Source: a bacterium
GTDB lineage: Bacteria > UBA8248
Direction: 5' to 3'
Assembly: GCA_963692865.2 (NCBI GenBank)
Contig: OY843592.1
Location: 2,272,001-2,336,000, forward strand
Length of the DNA: 64,000 nt
Position 1 is the stretch's first letter, and the number at the start of each line of letters is the position of its first letter. Below the pieces are notes generated by a model. It ran no database searches and was not told where the DNA came from. It saw nothing but the letters and a program-made list of their open reading frames with translations. Made by a program: the position numbers and the translations under genes. Positions 9,327-19,575 of this stretch are shown piece by piece.

Positions 9327-10613
9327 TCATCTGCCGAGAATCAGGTTCGGCAGTATCAGGGAGATGATGGGGAAATACGAGAGTATGATAATGCAAAGGA
9401 ACATGGTCGCGATGAAGGGAAGGACGGCCTTGGCGATGGCGCCCAGCGTGGTGTCCGCGATGCCCATCGCCACGAACAGGCTCGTGCCCAGAGGCGGCGT
9501 GAGGTAGCCGATCTCGCAGTTCACCACGAACACGATGCCGAAGTGGATGGGGTCTATCCCCGCCGCCAGGATGACGGGCAGGAACATCGGCGTGAGGATG
9601 ATGACCTGCGCCATCGTGTTCAGCCACATTCCCACGAAGGTGAGGAAGAGGCTGATGAGCATGAGGATCAGGAACGGCGAAGTCGTCACGCGCTGGATGA
9701 AGGCCGTCACCAACTGGGGAATCTGGTGGATGGTGATGAGCTCGCCGAATGCGAGCGACGCTCCCCAGATGATGGCGATGGTTCCGGTGACGAGCGCCGC
9801 GATTTCGAGACACTCGCGCGTTCTTCGCCAGTCGAGTTCCCTGTAGACGAACATGCCGACCACCCAGCCGTAGAGCACGGCGATGACGGCGCTCTCCGTC
9901 GGCGTAACGAAGCCGCCGTAGATGCCTCCGATGATGACGCCGGGCGCCAGGAGCGCCCAGCGCGAGTCCCAGATGGTGCGAAGCGTGCGCGCGACGGAGA
10001 AAGGCTCGGAATCCGATTCCACCGTCATGAAGCGCGCCATGATCGTGGCGCAGCACATCAGCATGCAGCCCAGCAGGATGCCGGGGAGAAAGCCCGCGAT
10101 GAACAGCCGCGTCACGGACTGATCGGCGCTGACGCCGTAGACGATCAGGGTGATGCTCGGCGGTATGAGGATGCCGAGCGTCCCCCCGCAGGCGGAGACG
10201 GCGCCCGAGTAATTCCTGTCGTACTGGCGTCTGAGCATGGTGGGGATCATGAGACCGCCCACGGCGGCCGTCGTGGCGGGGCCGGAACCCGATATGGCCG
10301 AGAAAAGCATGCACGCGAGTATGGTGACGTGGGCGAGGCCGCCCTGCACGTTGCCCACGAAGCAGTCCGCCACCGAGATGAGGCGCTTGCTGATGCCGCC
10401 TTTCTCCATGAGCGCGCCTGCGAGCAGGAACATGGGCACGGCGATGAAGGGGAACTTGTCCAGCCCGTCGTAATAGGAGAGCGCCAGGCTCTCGAAATGC
10501 TCCCCGGTGGCGTAGTAGACGAGAATCGAGGCCAGCCCCAGGGAGACGCCCACGGGCACGCGGATGAAGAGGAACACCGCGAGTGAGCCGAGCAGCAGGA
10601 GAGGCATGTTCAT
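9327..10613 (-). CDS. dctM: TRAP transporter large permease (DctM)
   Basis: Start MNMPLL at 10613; AVPMFLLAG, SGSGPAT, GILIPPSI, GIDPIHFG, GYLTPPLG. Confidence 0.92.
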   Translation of the reverse strand: MNMPLLLLGSLAVFLFIRVPVGVSLGLASILVYYATGEHFESLALSYYDGLDKFPFIAVPMFLLAGALMEKGGISKRLISVADCFVGNVQGGLAHVTILACMLFSAISGSGPATTAAVGGLMIPTMLRRQYDRNYSGAVSACGGTLGILIPPSITLIVYGVSADQSVTRLFIAGFLPGILLGCMLMCCATIMARFMTVESDSEPFSVARTLRTIWDSRWALLAPGVIIGGIYGGFVTPTESAVIAVLYGWVVGMFVYRELDWRRTRECLEIAALVTGTIAIIWGASLAFGELITIHQIPQLVTAFIQRVTTSPFLILMLISLFLTFVGMWLNTMAQVIILTPMFLPVILAAGIDPIHFGIVFVVNCEIGYLTPPLGTSLFVAMGIADTTLGAIAKAVLPFIATMFLCIIILSYFPIISLILPNLILGR

Positions 10614-11104
10614 CGCTCTTCCTCCTGCTTTTCGACCTCGTAGACCACTTCGGGGCCGCCCTGGACGTAGACGCGGTACATGTACTGGGCGAGGCGTATG
10701 GTCATCAGCCCGAACCCGATGGGGATGATGGCGTGCACGGCGGCTTCGGGTATCTGGAGGATGTCGGTCTCCGACCAGACGTCGATTTCGCTTTTCACGA
10801 AAAGGAAGCCGAAGTACGTCATCAGGACGTTGAAAGCCATCCACAGGCAGTCGGAGAAAAAGACTATCGGGCGCGCCCAGGAGGCGGGCGTCAGCATCTC
10901 GATGGCGTTCACGCGGATGTGGCGGCCCTGGAGGATGATCCAGCTGATCGTCAGGTAGATGAACCAGATGAAGACGATGCGCGAGAACTCCTCGATCCAG
11001 CTGATCGAGGTGAAGAAGATGTAGCGCGCGATGACCTGGGCGGTGAGCATGAGGGTGAGTGATAGAAGAAGAATCCAGGAGAGGTTTCGTTCGATGTTTC
11101 GCAC
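10610..11104 (-). CDS. dctQ: TRAP transporter small permease (DctQ)
   Basis: QVIARY, WIEEFSR, HIRV; four TM segments; GTG start at 11104 inferred. Confidence 0.85.
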   Translation of the reverse strand: MRNIERNLSWILLLSLTLMLTAQVIARYIFFTSISWIEEFSRIVFIWFIYLTISWIILQGRHIRVNAIEMLTPASWARPIVFFSDCLWMAFNVLMTYFGFLFVKSEIDVWSETDILQIPEAAVHAIIPIGFGLMTIRLAQYMYRVYVQGGPEVVYEVEKQEEER

Positions 11105-11316
11105 GATTGGCTTTCCCGTCTTGCTCGAGGAATGGAGCCCTTGCACGCCTGTATGTGATGAATAAATCCAGTCTAGTTTGTTTCGACTCGGATGGTCAAT
11201 GCGAGAAGGGTTTTCGGGATGGGGCGTGAGTAGGCTGAAAGGGCGGGGTCGATACGGCGGCATACGATTGTGAAATGACCCTCAAAGGGAGAGGGAATTC
11301 GAACGCGCACCCCACC

Positions 11317-11600
11317 GTAGGGGCCGTTCGAGAACGGCCCTCCTCGGAGGAGAGGGTACTTCACGAAGTGCCCCTACGGGTTCGGTTTGAAACGCGACAG
11401 GCACGGAGGCCTTCCCCTGCGGCGGGCGAAGCGGCGTATCGAAGGCCTGTCCTGAGCCTCTCGGAGGGGGTGTTCACGGGTCCGCGCCCTTCATTGCGGC
11501 GTCGTTGCCGCTCCTGTTGTAGGGGCCGGGTTCGACAGGAGCGAGAGGAATCGTCTGCGCCGCACGCGAATCAAAAACCACTCCTCCTTGCAAGCCCCCC
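11317..11600. repeat. degenerate GTAG-type REP and related palindromes
   Basis: gtaggggccgttcgagaacggccc, gcccctacgg, gcggcgtatcgaagg, tgtaggggccggg. Confidence 0.55.
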
Positions 11601-11607
11601 CCTTGAG

Positions 11608-11868
11608 GGGGTTGTTGAAAAACCCCTCCTCGCTCGAAATTGGCCTTTGCCGTCATTCCGGCGAAAGCCGGAATCCATTTGCGGATGCGGGTGAATGAAC
11701 GACGGCATTCCATTCCCCGCCGATGCGCAGGAACCCTGACGAAAGGCAAAAGGCGTAAAAATGGATTCCGGCTTTCGCCGGAATGACGGTGAACACTCTC
11801 GATTGGGGGTCAACAACTCCTCCCCGGTCGGGTTCGACCTTATTCATTGAGACTTTTTCAACAGACCC
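11608..11868. mobile_element. MITE-like TIR element containing an inverted CGTC REP doublet
   Basis: Left TIR ggggttgttgaaaaaccc, right ctttttcaacagaccc; cgtcattccggcgaaagccggaatcca (11651-11677) and its inverse (11762-11789); left ~65 bp homologous to the 6702 element. Confidence 0.65.
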
Positions 11869-12462
11869 TCATAAGGCGAGTTTTTCTCGTCTCGAAGGTG
11901 GTTGCTCGGTTCTAGGCTGGTCGGCGAGTGAATTCCTCTCCCAGAAAACGCCGTCAGCGTATCCTTGAATTTTTTGATCCGAGTCGGCCATCTCCAGACG
12001 CTTGAGCGCCCAGCAGCAGTATTCCTCGTTGATTTCTATGCCGCAATAATTTCTGCCCGGCTTTTTGGCGACTGCGGCGGTAGTTCCGCTGCCCAGAAAC
12101 GGGGCGATGAGGGTGGACGTTTTCCAGTCGGAGCATACATATACCGATGCGGTCGGCTTGAGCGTCGGGGTCAGAAGCGCGAGAGCGCGCTCGAACCATT
12201 CCCGGTAATCCGCCTTGCCCTTTTCCTTGAAAAGGCGGTCGCCATAGTTTTTGGACAGGTTGTATGGGGGGTCGAGAACGAGCAGATCGATGAACCCCCG
12301 GGGAAGGTTTTCCGCTACCTCGAACGTGTCCCCGCAAATGATTCTTCCGCCGACACTCCCGGTTCGGGCCAGTTCATCGGGGTAGAGGATTTTGGCCGCC
12401 AGACGAGCCTTTTCCTCCGGCGCGCACGTCAGCGTTCGGTTTCTCGGGGCCCTTCGCTTCAT
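11869..12462 (-). pseudogene. beta-class amino-methyltransferase (N4/N6) with in-frame internal deletion
   Basis: DPPY catalytic motif and FLGSGTT SAM motif are separated by only ~55 aa; the usual target-recognition region with HPTQKP is absent. Confidence 0.7.
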
Positions 12463-12636
12463 GTCGAGCCACGCTTCGGTTTGTGGGGCGGTTTGGTCAT
12501 CGTCGGGCTAATATGATGCAGGATATTCTAACTCCCGTCGTCGAAAAGTCCAAGGCGCGTCCTTTGAAGGCGCGACCGGTCGAAAGAGCGCGACCCCGGC
12601 GCTTTCGCGGCTATCTTCGTGTGAGGCGCGAACTTC

Positions 12637-13818
12637 TCAACCGAAGGTTTCACCGAAGGATTCCCACAGCCCTTCCTTGGTTTCGGCGATCACCAAGTCG
12701 ACCACCTGGCGCAGGGCTTCTTCCTCGCTGTCTCCCTCCAGGCGGCGGAGACGGTAGAGATCGGCCTGACGATCCGCGCCGCTGCCCTCGCGGATGATGG
12801 TGAGCGCGCGGCGGATTTCGGCCTCGCAGCCTAGCGCGCGGGCGTCGGGCTCGAGTTTCTCGACGAGTTCGCGCATGAAGTCGTCGATGTCCACCCGCGC
12901 GTTCTCGCGCGTCGTATCGCCGAAGAAGGAGAGCGTTCCGTAGCGCTGGGCGACCCAGCGGTTCTCTGCGATGATCTCGGTGAGCGGTTCGGGCGGCAGC
13001 GCGCCCGCTTCGTCCTCGCGCATGAGCCGGCGCAGGAGGGAGGCGTAGAGCGCCGTGATGCAGACGGCGTCCTCGATGCGGGGGCAGATGTCGCAGATGC
13101 GAAGTTCCACCGTCGGGAAGGCGTGGGCGGGGCGGATGTCCCACCAGAGTTCGGAGCCGCTCTCGATGAACTTCATCTGCCGGTATTCGTCGAGGATTTC
13201 CTCGTATTCCGCCCGGGAGCGCAGCGGGCCGGGCAGGCTGGTGCGCGGGAGGCCGCCGAGGAGGTTGAGACGATAGGACTTGTAGCCCGTGTCGTGTCCG
13301 CCGTTGAAGGGCGAGGAGGTGGAGAGCGCGTGGAGGGCGGGCAGGTAGCGGCGCATCGCCGTCATGACCCGGATGCGCGATTCGGGGTCGCCGAAGCCCG
13401 CGTGGATGTGCATTCCGCCGATGACCATGCGGCGGATGGTCTCCTGAAACGTCACCGCGAAGCGCTCGTAGCGCTCCTTCTGCGTGACCGCCAGCGACCG
13501 CCACTGCGCGAAGGGGTGGGTGGAGGCGGCCATCACCGAGGCTCCGTGCGCCTGCGCCGCCTCGATGACGACCCGCCGGGTCTCGCGCAGCGCCTCGCGC
13601 GCCTCGGCCACCGAAGCGCACACCCGGGTGTTGGTCTCTATCTGGGAGCGAAGCAATTCCCGCGTGATCTTGTGCGGCCCCATCCCGGCCTCGCAGGCCT
13701 CGAAGATGGCCGAGTCGGGGTCGATGAGGAGATCGCGCGATGCGGGGTCGATGAGAAAGAACTCCTCCTCCACCCCGAGGGTGATCGCTAGGTCTTCCCG
13801 ATTCTCGGCGTCGCTCAC
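12637..13818 (-). CDS. carboxylate-amine ligase (glutamate--cysteine ligase family 2, YbdK-like)
   Basis: LGVEEEFFL, QIETNT, STHPF, GMHIHAG, STSSPF, WWDIRP, TVELRICD; GTG start after aaggag. Confidence 0.9.
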   Translation of the reverse strand: MSDAENREDLAITLGVEEEFFLIDPASRDLLIDPDSAIFEACEAGMGPHKITRELLRSQIETNTRVCASVAEAREALRETRRVVIEAAQAHGASVMAASTHPFAQWRSLAVTQKERYERFAVTFQETIRRMVIGGMHIHAGFGDPESRIRVMTAMRRYLPALHALSTSSPFNGGHDTGYKSYRLNLLGGLPRTSLPGPLRSRAEYEEILDEYRQMKFIESGSELWWDIRPAHAFPTVELRICDICPRIEDAVCITALYASLLRRLMREDEAGALPPEPLTEIIAENRWVAQRYGTLSFFGDTTRENARVDIDDFMRELVEKLEPDARALGCEAEIRRALTIIREGSGADRQADLYRLRRLEGDSEEEALRQVVDLVIAETKEGLWESFGETFG

Positions 13819-14070
13819 GTCAATCTCCTTTCGGGCGGCGCGGCCCAGCCGCCAGTTGGTGCTTTGCGCGCGCAAAGTCGCGGGTCGGTTCGCTCCAGTA
13901 TCTTGCGCGACCGGGTCGGGCGGAACCCGAATCTTTCGCCTCGGGCAGGCGGCCGCCCGATCCTTCTCCCGTCTCCGGAAGGCGCGCCCGGTCGAATCCA
14001 CCGAGAGCGCTAAGACTACTCTATCATTTCCGGCATTCGTGAATCCAGGAATCAGGGCGGAGCGAACCGC

Positions 14071-15303
14071 TTACGAATGATGAACCGCCCTCTCTCTCGT
14101 CCCGCCGAGGCTCGTGAGGGCGAAGGGCAGCATGAGAAGCGCCGCGACGACGCCCACCCCCACCAAGCCGAAGGCGTCCACGCAAAGGCCGATGGTGGGA
14201 GCGAGCGCCATGGCGAGAATCGATTTCGCCTGCGTCTCCACGGAGAGTATCGTCGCGCCCGCCTCGGGCGTGCTGTGGGCGTCGATGCGGCTGATGAGCA
14301 CGGGGCGCCAGAAGTTCTGGAGCACCGCCAGGGCGACGAAGCCCGCGATGACCACCGACTCCCAGCCCGTCCACAGCCCCCAGGCGAGAGCCGCGTAGAT
14401 GAGGGCGGTGGCGCCCCAGAGCGATTTCGCGGCCGATTCCTCGGAACCCGTGGCGGCGACCAAGCGGTGCCCGCCGCGCGAGGCGAAGCTCGACAGCAGG
14501 TGCAGGACGAAGTAGACCGTCCCCATCAGAATGGCCACGCGCTGTTGCTGCTGCCAGGCGGCGAGCAGGGCCAGCCCCAAGGCGGCCTGCTGGATGACGG
14601 GCTGGATGTAGTCCTTCGCCACCTTGTAGGTGCCCTCGTAGCTCATGGACTCCACAAGGATGCCGCGCAGCGGCCTGTCGGTGAACGCCATGCGCATGGA
14701 GTCTTTCAGGTGTACCCACACGCTCGGGATTTTCGCGTCCGCCGCGCGCGCGCCTTCGAGTTCTTTGGGGTATCCCATGAAGTTCACGATGTTGAGCGCA
14801 TAGGGGATGACGGCGAGCAGGAAAATGTCGCTGTAGCGCGCGCCGGTGAAGATGAACGCGCTCGCTATGACGACCGAGACGGCAGAGCCTATCTTCGACC
14901 AAGAGCGCGTGAAGCCGTAGACGCGGGTGCGCTCCTCTTCGCGGCCCTGAATCCTCAGCCATTCGAATATCATCGCCTTGTGCGTGCCCGTGCGGAACGA
15001 GTCGCCGAGAGCGAAGGCGAACATCGCGAGGAAAAGCGCGGCGAAAGACGCCGAAAGGCCGAAGATGAGGAACGAGGCGATGTAGGCGAGGAAGGAGAAG
15101 ATCATCGAGCGCCTTCTGCCGTAGAGGTCGGCCACCGCGCCGCTCGGTATCTCGAAGATGTTGATGCACACCTCGCGGAAGCCGATGAGAATCCCGATCT
15201 GGAAAAAGGAGAGGTCTTTTTCCAGGAAGGCGAGGATGAGGAAGGGCTCGAAATAGGTCTGGTTCTTGAGGAAGCCGTACAACGAGAACCGGAACAGCAT
15301 CAT
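14071..15303 (-). CDS. MFS transporter
   Basis: FEIPSGAVADLYGRRRS (motif A), FRTGTHKA, about 12 TM segments. Confidence 0.88.
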   Translation of the reverse strand: MMLFRFSLYGFLKNQTYFEPFLILAFLEKDLSFFQIGILIGFREVCINIFEIPSGAVADLYGRRRSMIFSFLAYIASFLIFGLSASFAALFLAMFAFALGDSFRTGTHKAMIFEWLRIQGREEERTRVYGFTRSWSKIGSAVSVVIASAFIFTGARYSDIFLLAVIPYALNIVNFMGYPKELEGARAADAKIPSVWVHLKDSMRMAFTDRPLRGILVESMSYEGTYKVAKDYIQPVIQQAALGLALLAAWQQQQRVAILMGTVYFVLHLLSSFASRGGHRLVAATGSEESAAKSLWGATALIYAALAWGLWTGWESVVIAGFVALAVLQNFWRPVLISRIDAHSTPEAGATILSVETQAKSILAMALAPTIGLCVDAFGLVGVGVVAALLMLPFALTSLGGTRERAVHHS

Positions 15304-15534
15304 CGGCCGAACCCTCCTTCCCTCCAATTTCGCGCCCGCGCCCCTCTCGCGCAAGGGCAGGGGGACAAGAGGCGGCCGGCGCGCGCCCGAACTTCATCCC
15401 CCACGGCGCGCATAGGCCATTGTAGCGAAAATTTTCTCGCTTGCGGGATGTTTTTTCGGCGGCCTGGCGTGGGGGGTGAGCGTTTTCCGTGGCGAAGGGA
15501 TGCGCTTGTGGGTTGTTTCGATTCGTAAGGTTTT

Positions 15535-15652
15535 GTAGGGGCGGGCCTCTGTGCCCGCCCGTGTTTTGAAACCTGTAGTCGGGAAACCTGGTTGAATTGT
15601 CTGCTCCTGTGGTTACTACTGGTCAGGACAGGCACGGGGGCCTGTCCCTACG
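15535..15652. repeat. GTAG-type REP doublet
   Basis: tgtaggggcgggcctctgtgcccgccc ... aggacaggcacgggggcctgtccctacg; the latter is identical at 20768-20795. Confidence 0.75.
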
Positions 15653-15672
15653 CTTCTCCGACGTTTTGTTTC

Positions 15673-16557
15673 TCAGCGGATGCGCCAGCCGATGAGCGCG
15701 GCGCCTATCACCATGCACGCCGTGCCGACGAGGATGGCGGGCGTGATGCGCTCCACGCTCCTGAGCAGGAAGTAGCTCATGATCAGGCTGAAGACGGGGG
15801 CCGTCGAGGTGAGCGGGGAGACGATGGAGAGATCGCCGATGCTTATGGCGGTGAAGTGCAGGAAAAACCCGAGCGCGTTCAGCAGCCCGCACAGCCCGAA
15901 GATGTACCAGGCCTTGGGGCGGTCGAACTGGTCGGGTTTCTGGTCTTTCGGAAAAAGCGGTATGAAGGTGACCAGGAAGACGAATCCCGCCAGCGTCGTG
16001 AGGGTGGCGCCCATGACGGGCGCCTCGACGTGGGCGAAGGCGAGTTTCCTGAAAAGGAACGAGAACGCGGCGGTGACGGCGCTGAAGAAAGCCAGCACGA
16101 GGTGTTTTCTCTTCCACGTGGTGTCGTCCGGCTTCTTGTAGCTGAGGGCGGCGCTGCCCAGGACGATGAAGAGCGTGCCCGCCAGGATGAGCGCGCCGGG
16201 CCGCTCGCCCAGGAAGGCGATGGCGAGCGAGGTGGAGAACAGGGGCGTCAGCGAGACGAACGGCATCGCCCGCGCGACGCCCAGGTAGGAGATGCTCAAA
16301 TACAGAAACACGCGCGACATCGCCGGCCCCGTGAGGCCCGCCAGCGCGAAGAAGAAAAACGCTTGCAAGTTCCACCATTCGGGCTGCCAGTAGTACCATG
16401 TGACGGCGAGCATGACGGGGAGCGAGGTGAACAGGCCGATGAAGACGCCCGTGAGCGCGTTGGCGTGCTCGCCGCCCTTCCTGATGCAAACGCTGAAGGC
16501 GGCGAAGACCACGGCGGTGGACATGGCGTAGGATGCGGCGACGAGCTGGGGGTTCAT
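15673..16557 (-). CDS. DMT/EamA family transporter
   Basis: Two EamA repeats, 10 TM segments, LGERP, GDLSIVSPL. Confidence 0.88.
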   Translation of the reverse strand: MNPQLVAASYAMSTAVVFAAFSVCIRKGGEHANALTGVFIGLFTSLPVMLAVTWYYWQPEWWNLQAFFFFALAGLTGPAMSRVFLYLSISYLGVARAMPFVSLTPLFSTSLAIAFLGERPGALILAGTLFIVLGSAALSYKKPDDTTWKRKHLVLAFFSAVTAAFSFLFRKLAFAHVEAPVMGATLTTLAGFVFLVTFIPLFPKDQKPDQFDRPKAWYIFGLCGLLNALGFFLHFTAISIGDLSIVSPLTSTAPVFSLIMSYFLLRSVERITPAILVGTACMVIGAALIGWRIR

Positions 16558-16680
16558 CCGGTTCTCGGGGTTGAAGGCGTTCTCGGGACGTTGTGCGCAA
16601 TAATTTCGGCGAGCCTCAATCTACAGCCTGCGCGCCCGCTTGGGAAGAGCGGGGCGGAATTGACCCGCGGCCCCTTTCTT

Positions 16681-16736
16681 TTTTCATGAATTTTTTACGA
16701 TTTTGTAACGCGCGCGCCACGGCGGGCCGTTATAAT
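16681..16736 (+). promoter_or_regulatory. putative Pho box and -10 element of phoX
   Basis: TTTTCAT-GAAT-TTTTTAC-GATT-TTGTAAC (11-bp period) and TATAAT at 16731. Confidence 0.45.
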
Positions 16737-16812
16737 CCGCCCCGATGAAGAGACCGCCCGGAGCAGGCGCGCCTGCGGGCAGGCCCGAATCTCACAACGT
16801 GGGGGATGAGAG

Positions 16813-18726
16813 ATGCGCGAAGACGGAATGCGCGATTTGGCGGAGGAGATATCGCCGGACGAGTTCGACGAGATCCGCTATCCGCGCCCCGGAGCGACTG
16901 ACTTTGAGTTGCTCGTCGATAAGATGATCTCCCGGCGGGGCTTCCTGGGCAAGGGGGCCGCCTTCGCCGCGGCGGCGTTCGTCATGAGCGCGGGCGGTTT
17001 GGATCCGCTCTCCGCGTTTGCGAACTCGACTCGCTTCGGCTTCGAGGCCGTGCCGGCCAATACGCTTGATACCATCACCGTGCCCAGGGGCTACAGCTGG
17101 CGCGTCGTCGCCCGCTGGGGCGACCCCATGTGGACGCGAGGATCTGAGTTCGACCACGCCACGCGCGGCACGGGCGCGAGCCAGGAGCTCGCCTTCGGCG
17201 ACAACAACGACGGCATGTCGCTCTTTCAGGCGGGCGGCAGGAACGTCCTCGCCGTGAACAACGAGTACGTGAACATCGACATCATCCACGGCGGCAGGGG
17301 CGGCGGAAAGCCCGCGACGGCCGACGACGTGCGAAAGAGCAAGGCGGCGCACGGGGTGTCGATTATGGAAATCGCGCAAAAGGGCGGCAAATGGTCGATC
17401 GTCAAGGATTCGGCCTACAACAGGAAAATAACGCCCGACACGCCGATGGAGATCACCGGCCCCGCCCGGGGCCACGCCCTCATGAAGACGGCCGCGGATC
17501 CCAAGGGCGTGCGCAGCCTCGGCACCTGGAACAACTGCGGAAACGGCGCGACGCCCTGGGGGACGTATCTCTCGTGCGAGGAGAATTTTCACGGCTATTT
17601 CTCATCGAGCGATCCCGGGATAAAGGTTTCGGCCGAGTTCAAGCGCTACGGCGTCGGCGCCAAGGGCCGGGGATACGGCTGGGAGATGACGGACGAGCGC
17701 TTCGACATCGCCAAACACGCAAACGAGCCCAACCGCGCGGGCTACATCGTCGAGATCGACCCGCTCAAGCCTGAGTCCACCCCCAAAAAGCGCACCGCGC
17801 TCGGGCGCTTCAAGCACGAGAACGCCGAGGTCGTCCTCGCCGCGAACGGCCAGGTGGTCGTCTACATGGGAGACGACGAGCGCGGGGAGTTCATCTACAA
17901 GTTCGTGAGCGCGGGCCGCTACGCGGAGGGCGGCGACAACTCGAACCTGCTGGAGACGGGCAAGCTCTACGCGGCGAAATTCAAGGAGGACGGCCGGGGC
18001 GAGTGGCTGGAGCTTACGCCCGAATCCACCGGCATGGCCTCACAGGCGGAAGTCTGCATCTATACGCGGGTCGCGGCCTCGGCCGTCAAGGCCACCACGA
18101 TGGACCGCGCCGAGTGGGTGGCGGCGAACCCCAGGAAGGCGGAAGTCTACTGCTGCCTCACCAACAACAAGAACCGGGGCGTGAAGCCCAACAAGGGCGG
18201 CGACCCCACGCCCGTCGGCGGGCCGAACCCCCGGGCGAAGAACCGCTACGGGCAGATCGTCCGCTGGGCGCCGGATGGGGGCGATCATCTCGCAAGCGCC
18301 TTCTCGTGGGACCTCTACGTGATCGCGGGCAACCCCGCCGTCCACAAGGGCGCGAACGCGGGTTCCAAGAACGTGACGCCGGACAACATGTTCAACTCCC
18401 CCGACGGCCTCGCCTTCGACGGGAAAGGGATGCTGTGGATCCAGACCGACGGCGACTACACGAACACGAAGGGTTTCGCGGGCCAGGGCAACAACCAGAT
18501 GCTCGTGGGCGATCCGGTGACGGGCGAGATACGCCGCTTCATGGTGGGACCCAGGCAGTGCGAGGTCACCGGCATCGAGTGGAGCGCGGACGGGCGTACC
18601 ATGTTCGTGGGTATCCAGCATCCGGGCGAAAAAGGCGGCGACAGCCGTTTCCCGGACGGCGGCGACGCCACGCCGCGCTCGGCGGTGGTCGCCATCACGC
18701 GCGACGACGGGGGCGTTATCGGCTGA
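16813..18726 (+). CDS. phoX: PhoX family alkaline phosphatase (Tat exported)
   Basis: SRRGFL Tat motif; NNDGM, NNCGNGATPWGTYLSCEEN, ALGRFKHEN, MDRAEW, SPDGL, IQHPG. Confidence 0.93.
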   Translation: MREDGMRDLAEEISPDEFDEIRYPRPGATDFELLVDKMISRRGFLGKGAAFAAAAFVMSAGGLDPLSAFANSTRFGFEAVPANTLDTITVPRGYSWRVVARWGDPMWTRGSEFDHATRGTGASQELAFGDNNDGMSLFQAGGRNVLAVNNEYVNIDIIHGGRGGGKPATADDVRKSKAAHGVSIMEIAQKGGKWSIVKDSAYNRKITPDTPMEITGPARGHALMKTAADPKGVRSLGTWNNCGNGATPWGTYLSCEENFHGYFSSSDPGIKVSAEFKRYGVGAKGRGYGWEMTDERFDIAKHANEPNRAGYIVEIDPLKPESTPKKRTALGRFKHENAEVVLAANGQVVVYMGDDERGEFIYKFVSAGRYAEGGDNSNLLETGKLYAAKFKEDGRGEWLELTPESTGMASQAEVCIYTRVAASAVKATTMDRAEWVAANPRKAEVYCCLTNNKNRGVKPNKGGDPTPVGGPNPRAKNRYGQIVRWAPDGGDHLASAFSWDLYVIAGNPAVHKGANAGSKNVTPDNMFNSPDGLAFDGKGMLWIQTDGDYTNTKGFAGQGNNQMLVGDPVTGEIRRFMVGPRQCEVTGIEWSADGRTMFVGIQHPGEKGGDSRFPDGGDATPRSAVVAITRDDGGVIG

Positions 18727-18790
18727 ACGCTTTTCGATACCCGGCAGCACGACGCATCGCATCCCATATTAATCGCCTCATCCCCTTGCT

Positions 18791-19066
18791 GGGGTTGTTG
18801 AAAAAGCCTGTTTGCGTGATTCGGCGCATGTAATCGACAGACGAGATAGAAGATTTACTCCCCCCTTGAGGGGGAGTCAGCAAGACGAGGGCGAAGCCTG
18901 AAGTCGCGCTGGTGGGGGGAGTTTTTTCAGTGGCATGTCCCCCCACCGAATCGGCCTTCGTCCAAAGGACCCGGCCTCTTCGTCTGGCTTTCCCCTCGGG
19001 AAGCCAGACCCGCAAGGGGGGAGTGAAATTCGGTGCGCTTCTTCTGTGGACTTTTTCAACATCCCC
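18791..19066. mobile_element. MITE-like TIR element containing a ctcccccttgagggggagt-type palindromic repeat
   Basis: ggggttgttgaaaaag ... ctttttcaacatcccc. Confidence 0.65.
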
Positions 19067-19109
19067 TCATCACTCGCTTTTGACTCCCTGAGCAACTCAC
19101 CGTCCCGCT

Positions 19110-19222
19110 TCACCCCGAGTAGCCGCCGGAGGCGGCGTATCGAAGGGCGAGGGGAGTCGAACGCCTCGCGCCGGGGCGAGAGGGCATCCTTCGATACGCG
19201 GCTTCGCCGCTACTCAGGATGA
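19110..19222. repeat. palindromic repeat doublet
   Basis: tcaccccgagtagccgccggaggcggcgtatcgaaggg ... ccttcgatacgcggcttcgccgctactcaggatga (imperfect inverted pair). Confidence 0.6.
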
Positions 19223-19575
19223 GGTGGCCGGGGAGGATGCTGCGCACCGAATCATACAATCAGGACTTTTTCACCAACCCCGAGGTGCGAGTGTTTGACG
19301 CGACTGACGAAGGAGCGTTTGCGCGCCTCTCATCCTTCGATAGAAACGCTCCTTTTTCAGTCGCGTTTGACCTCCGACGCCTATTCAGGATGAGGGTGGA
19401 GTTGCGGGCGTGGTTTGCAGGGCCTGCTCGGGACGGGGGATGGGTGAATTCCGACCGAGGATGATTTTTTCAACAACCCCCTTGCGGGCGGGGCGTTTTT
19501 TTTCGCAAACTTGGGCGCGATAGGAAAACGCCTGGTTTCGGGTTCATGCAACACGGAGCAAAGGACGCGCGCGGA

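Noticed and set aside
8287-10314. 675-aa ORF suggesting a long N-terminal extension on DctP
   Set aside because: The extension is an off-frame overlap of dctM; an RBS and signal peptide place the start at 9300.
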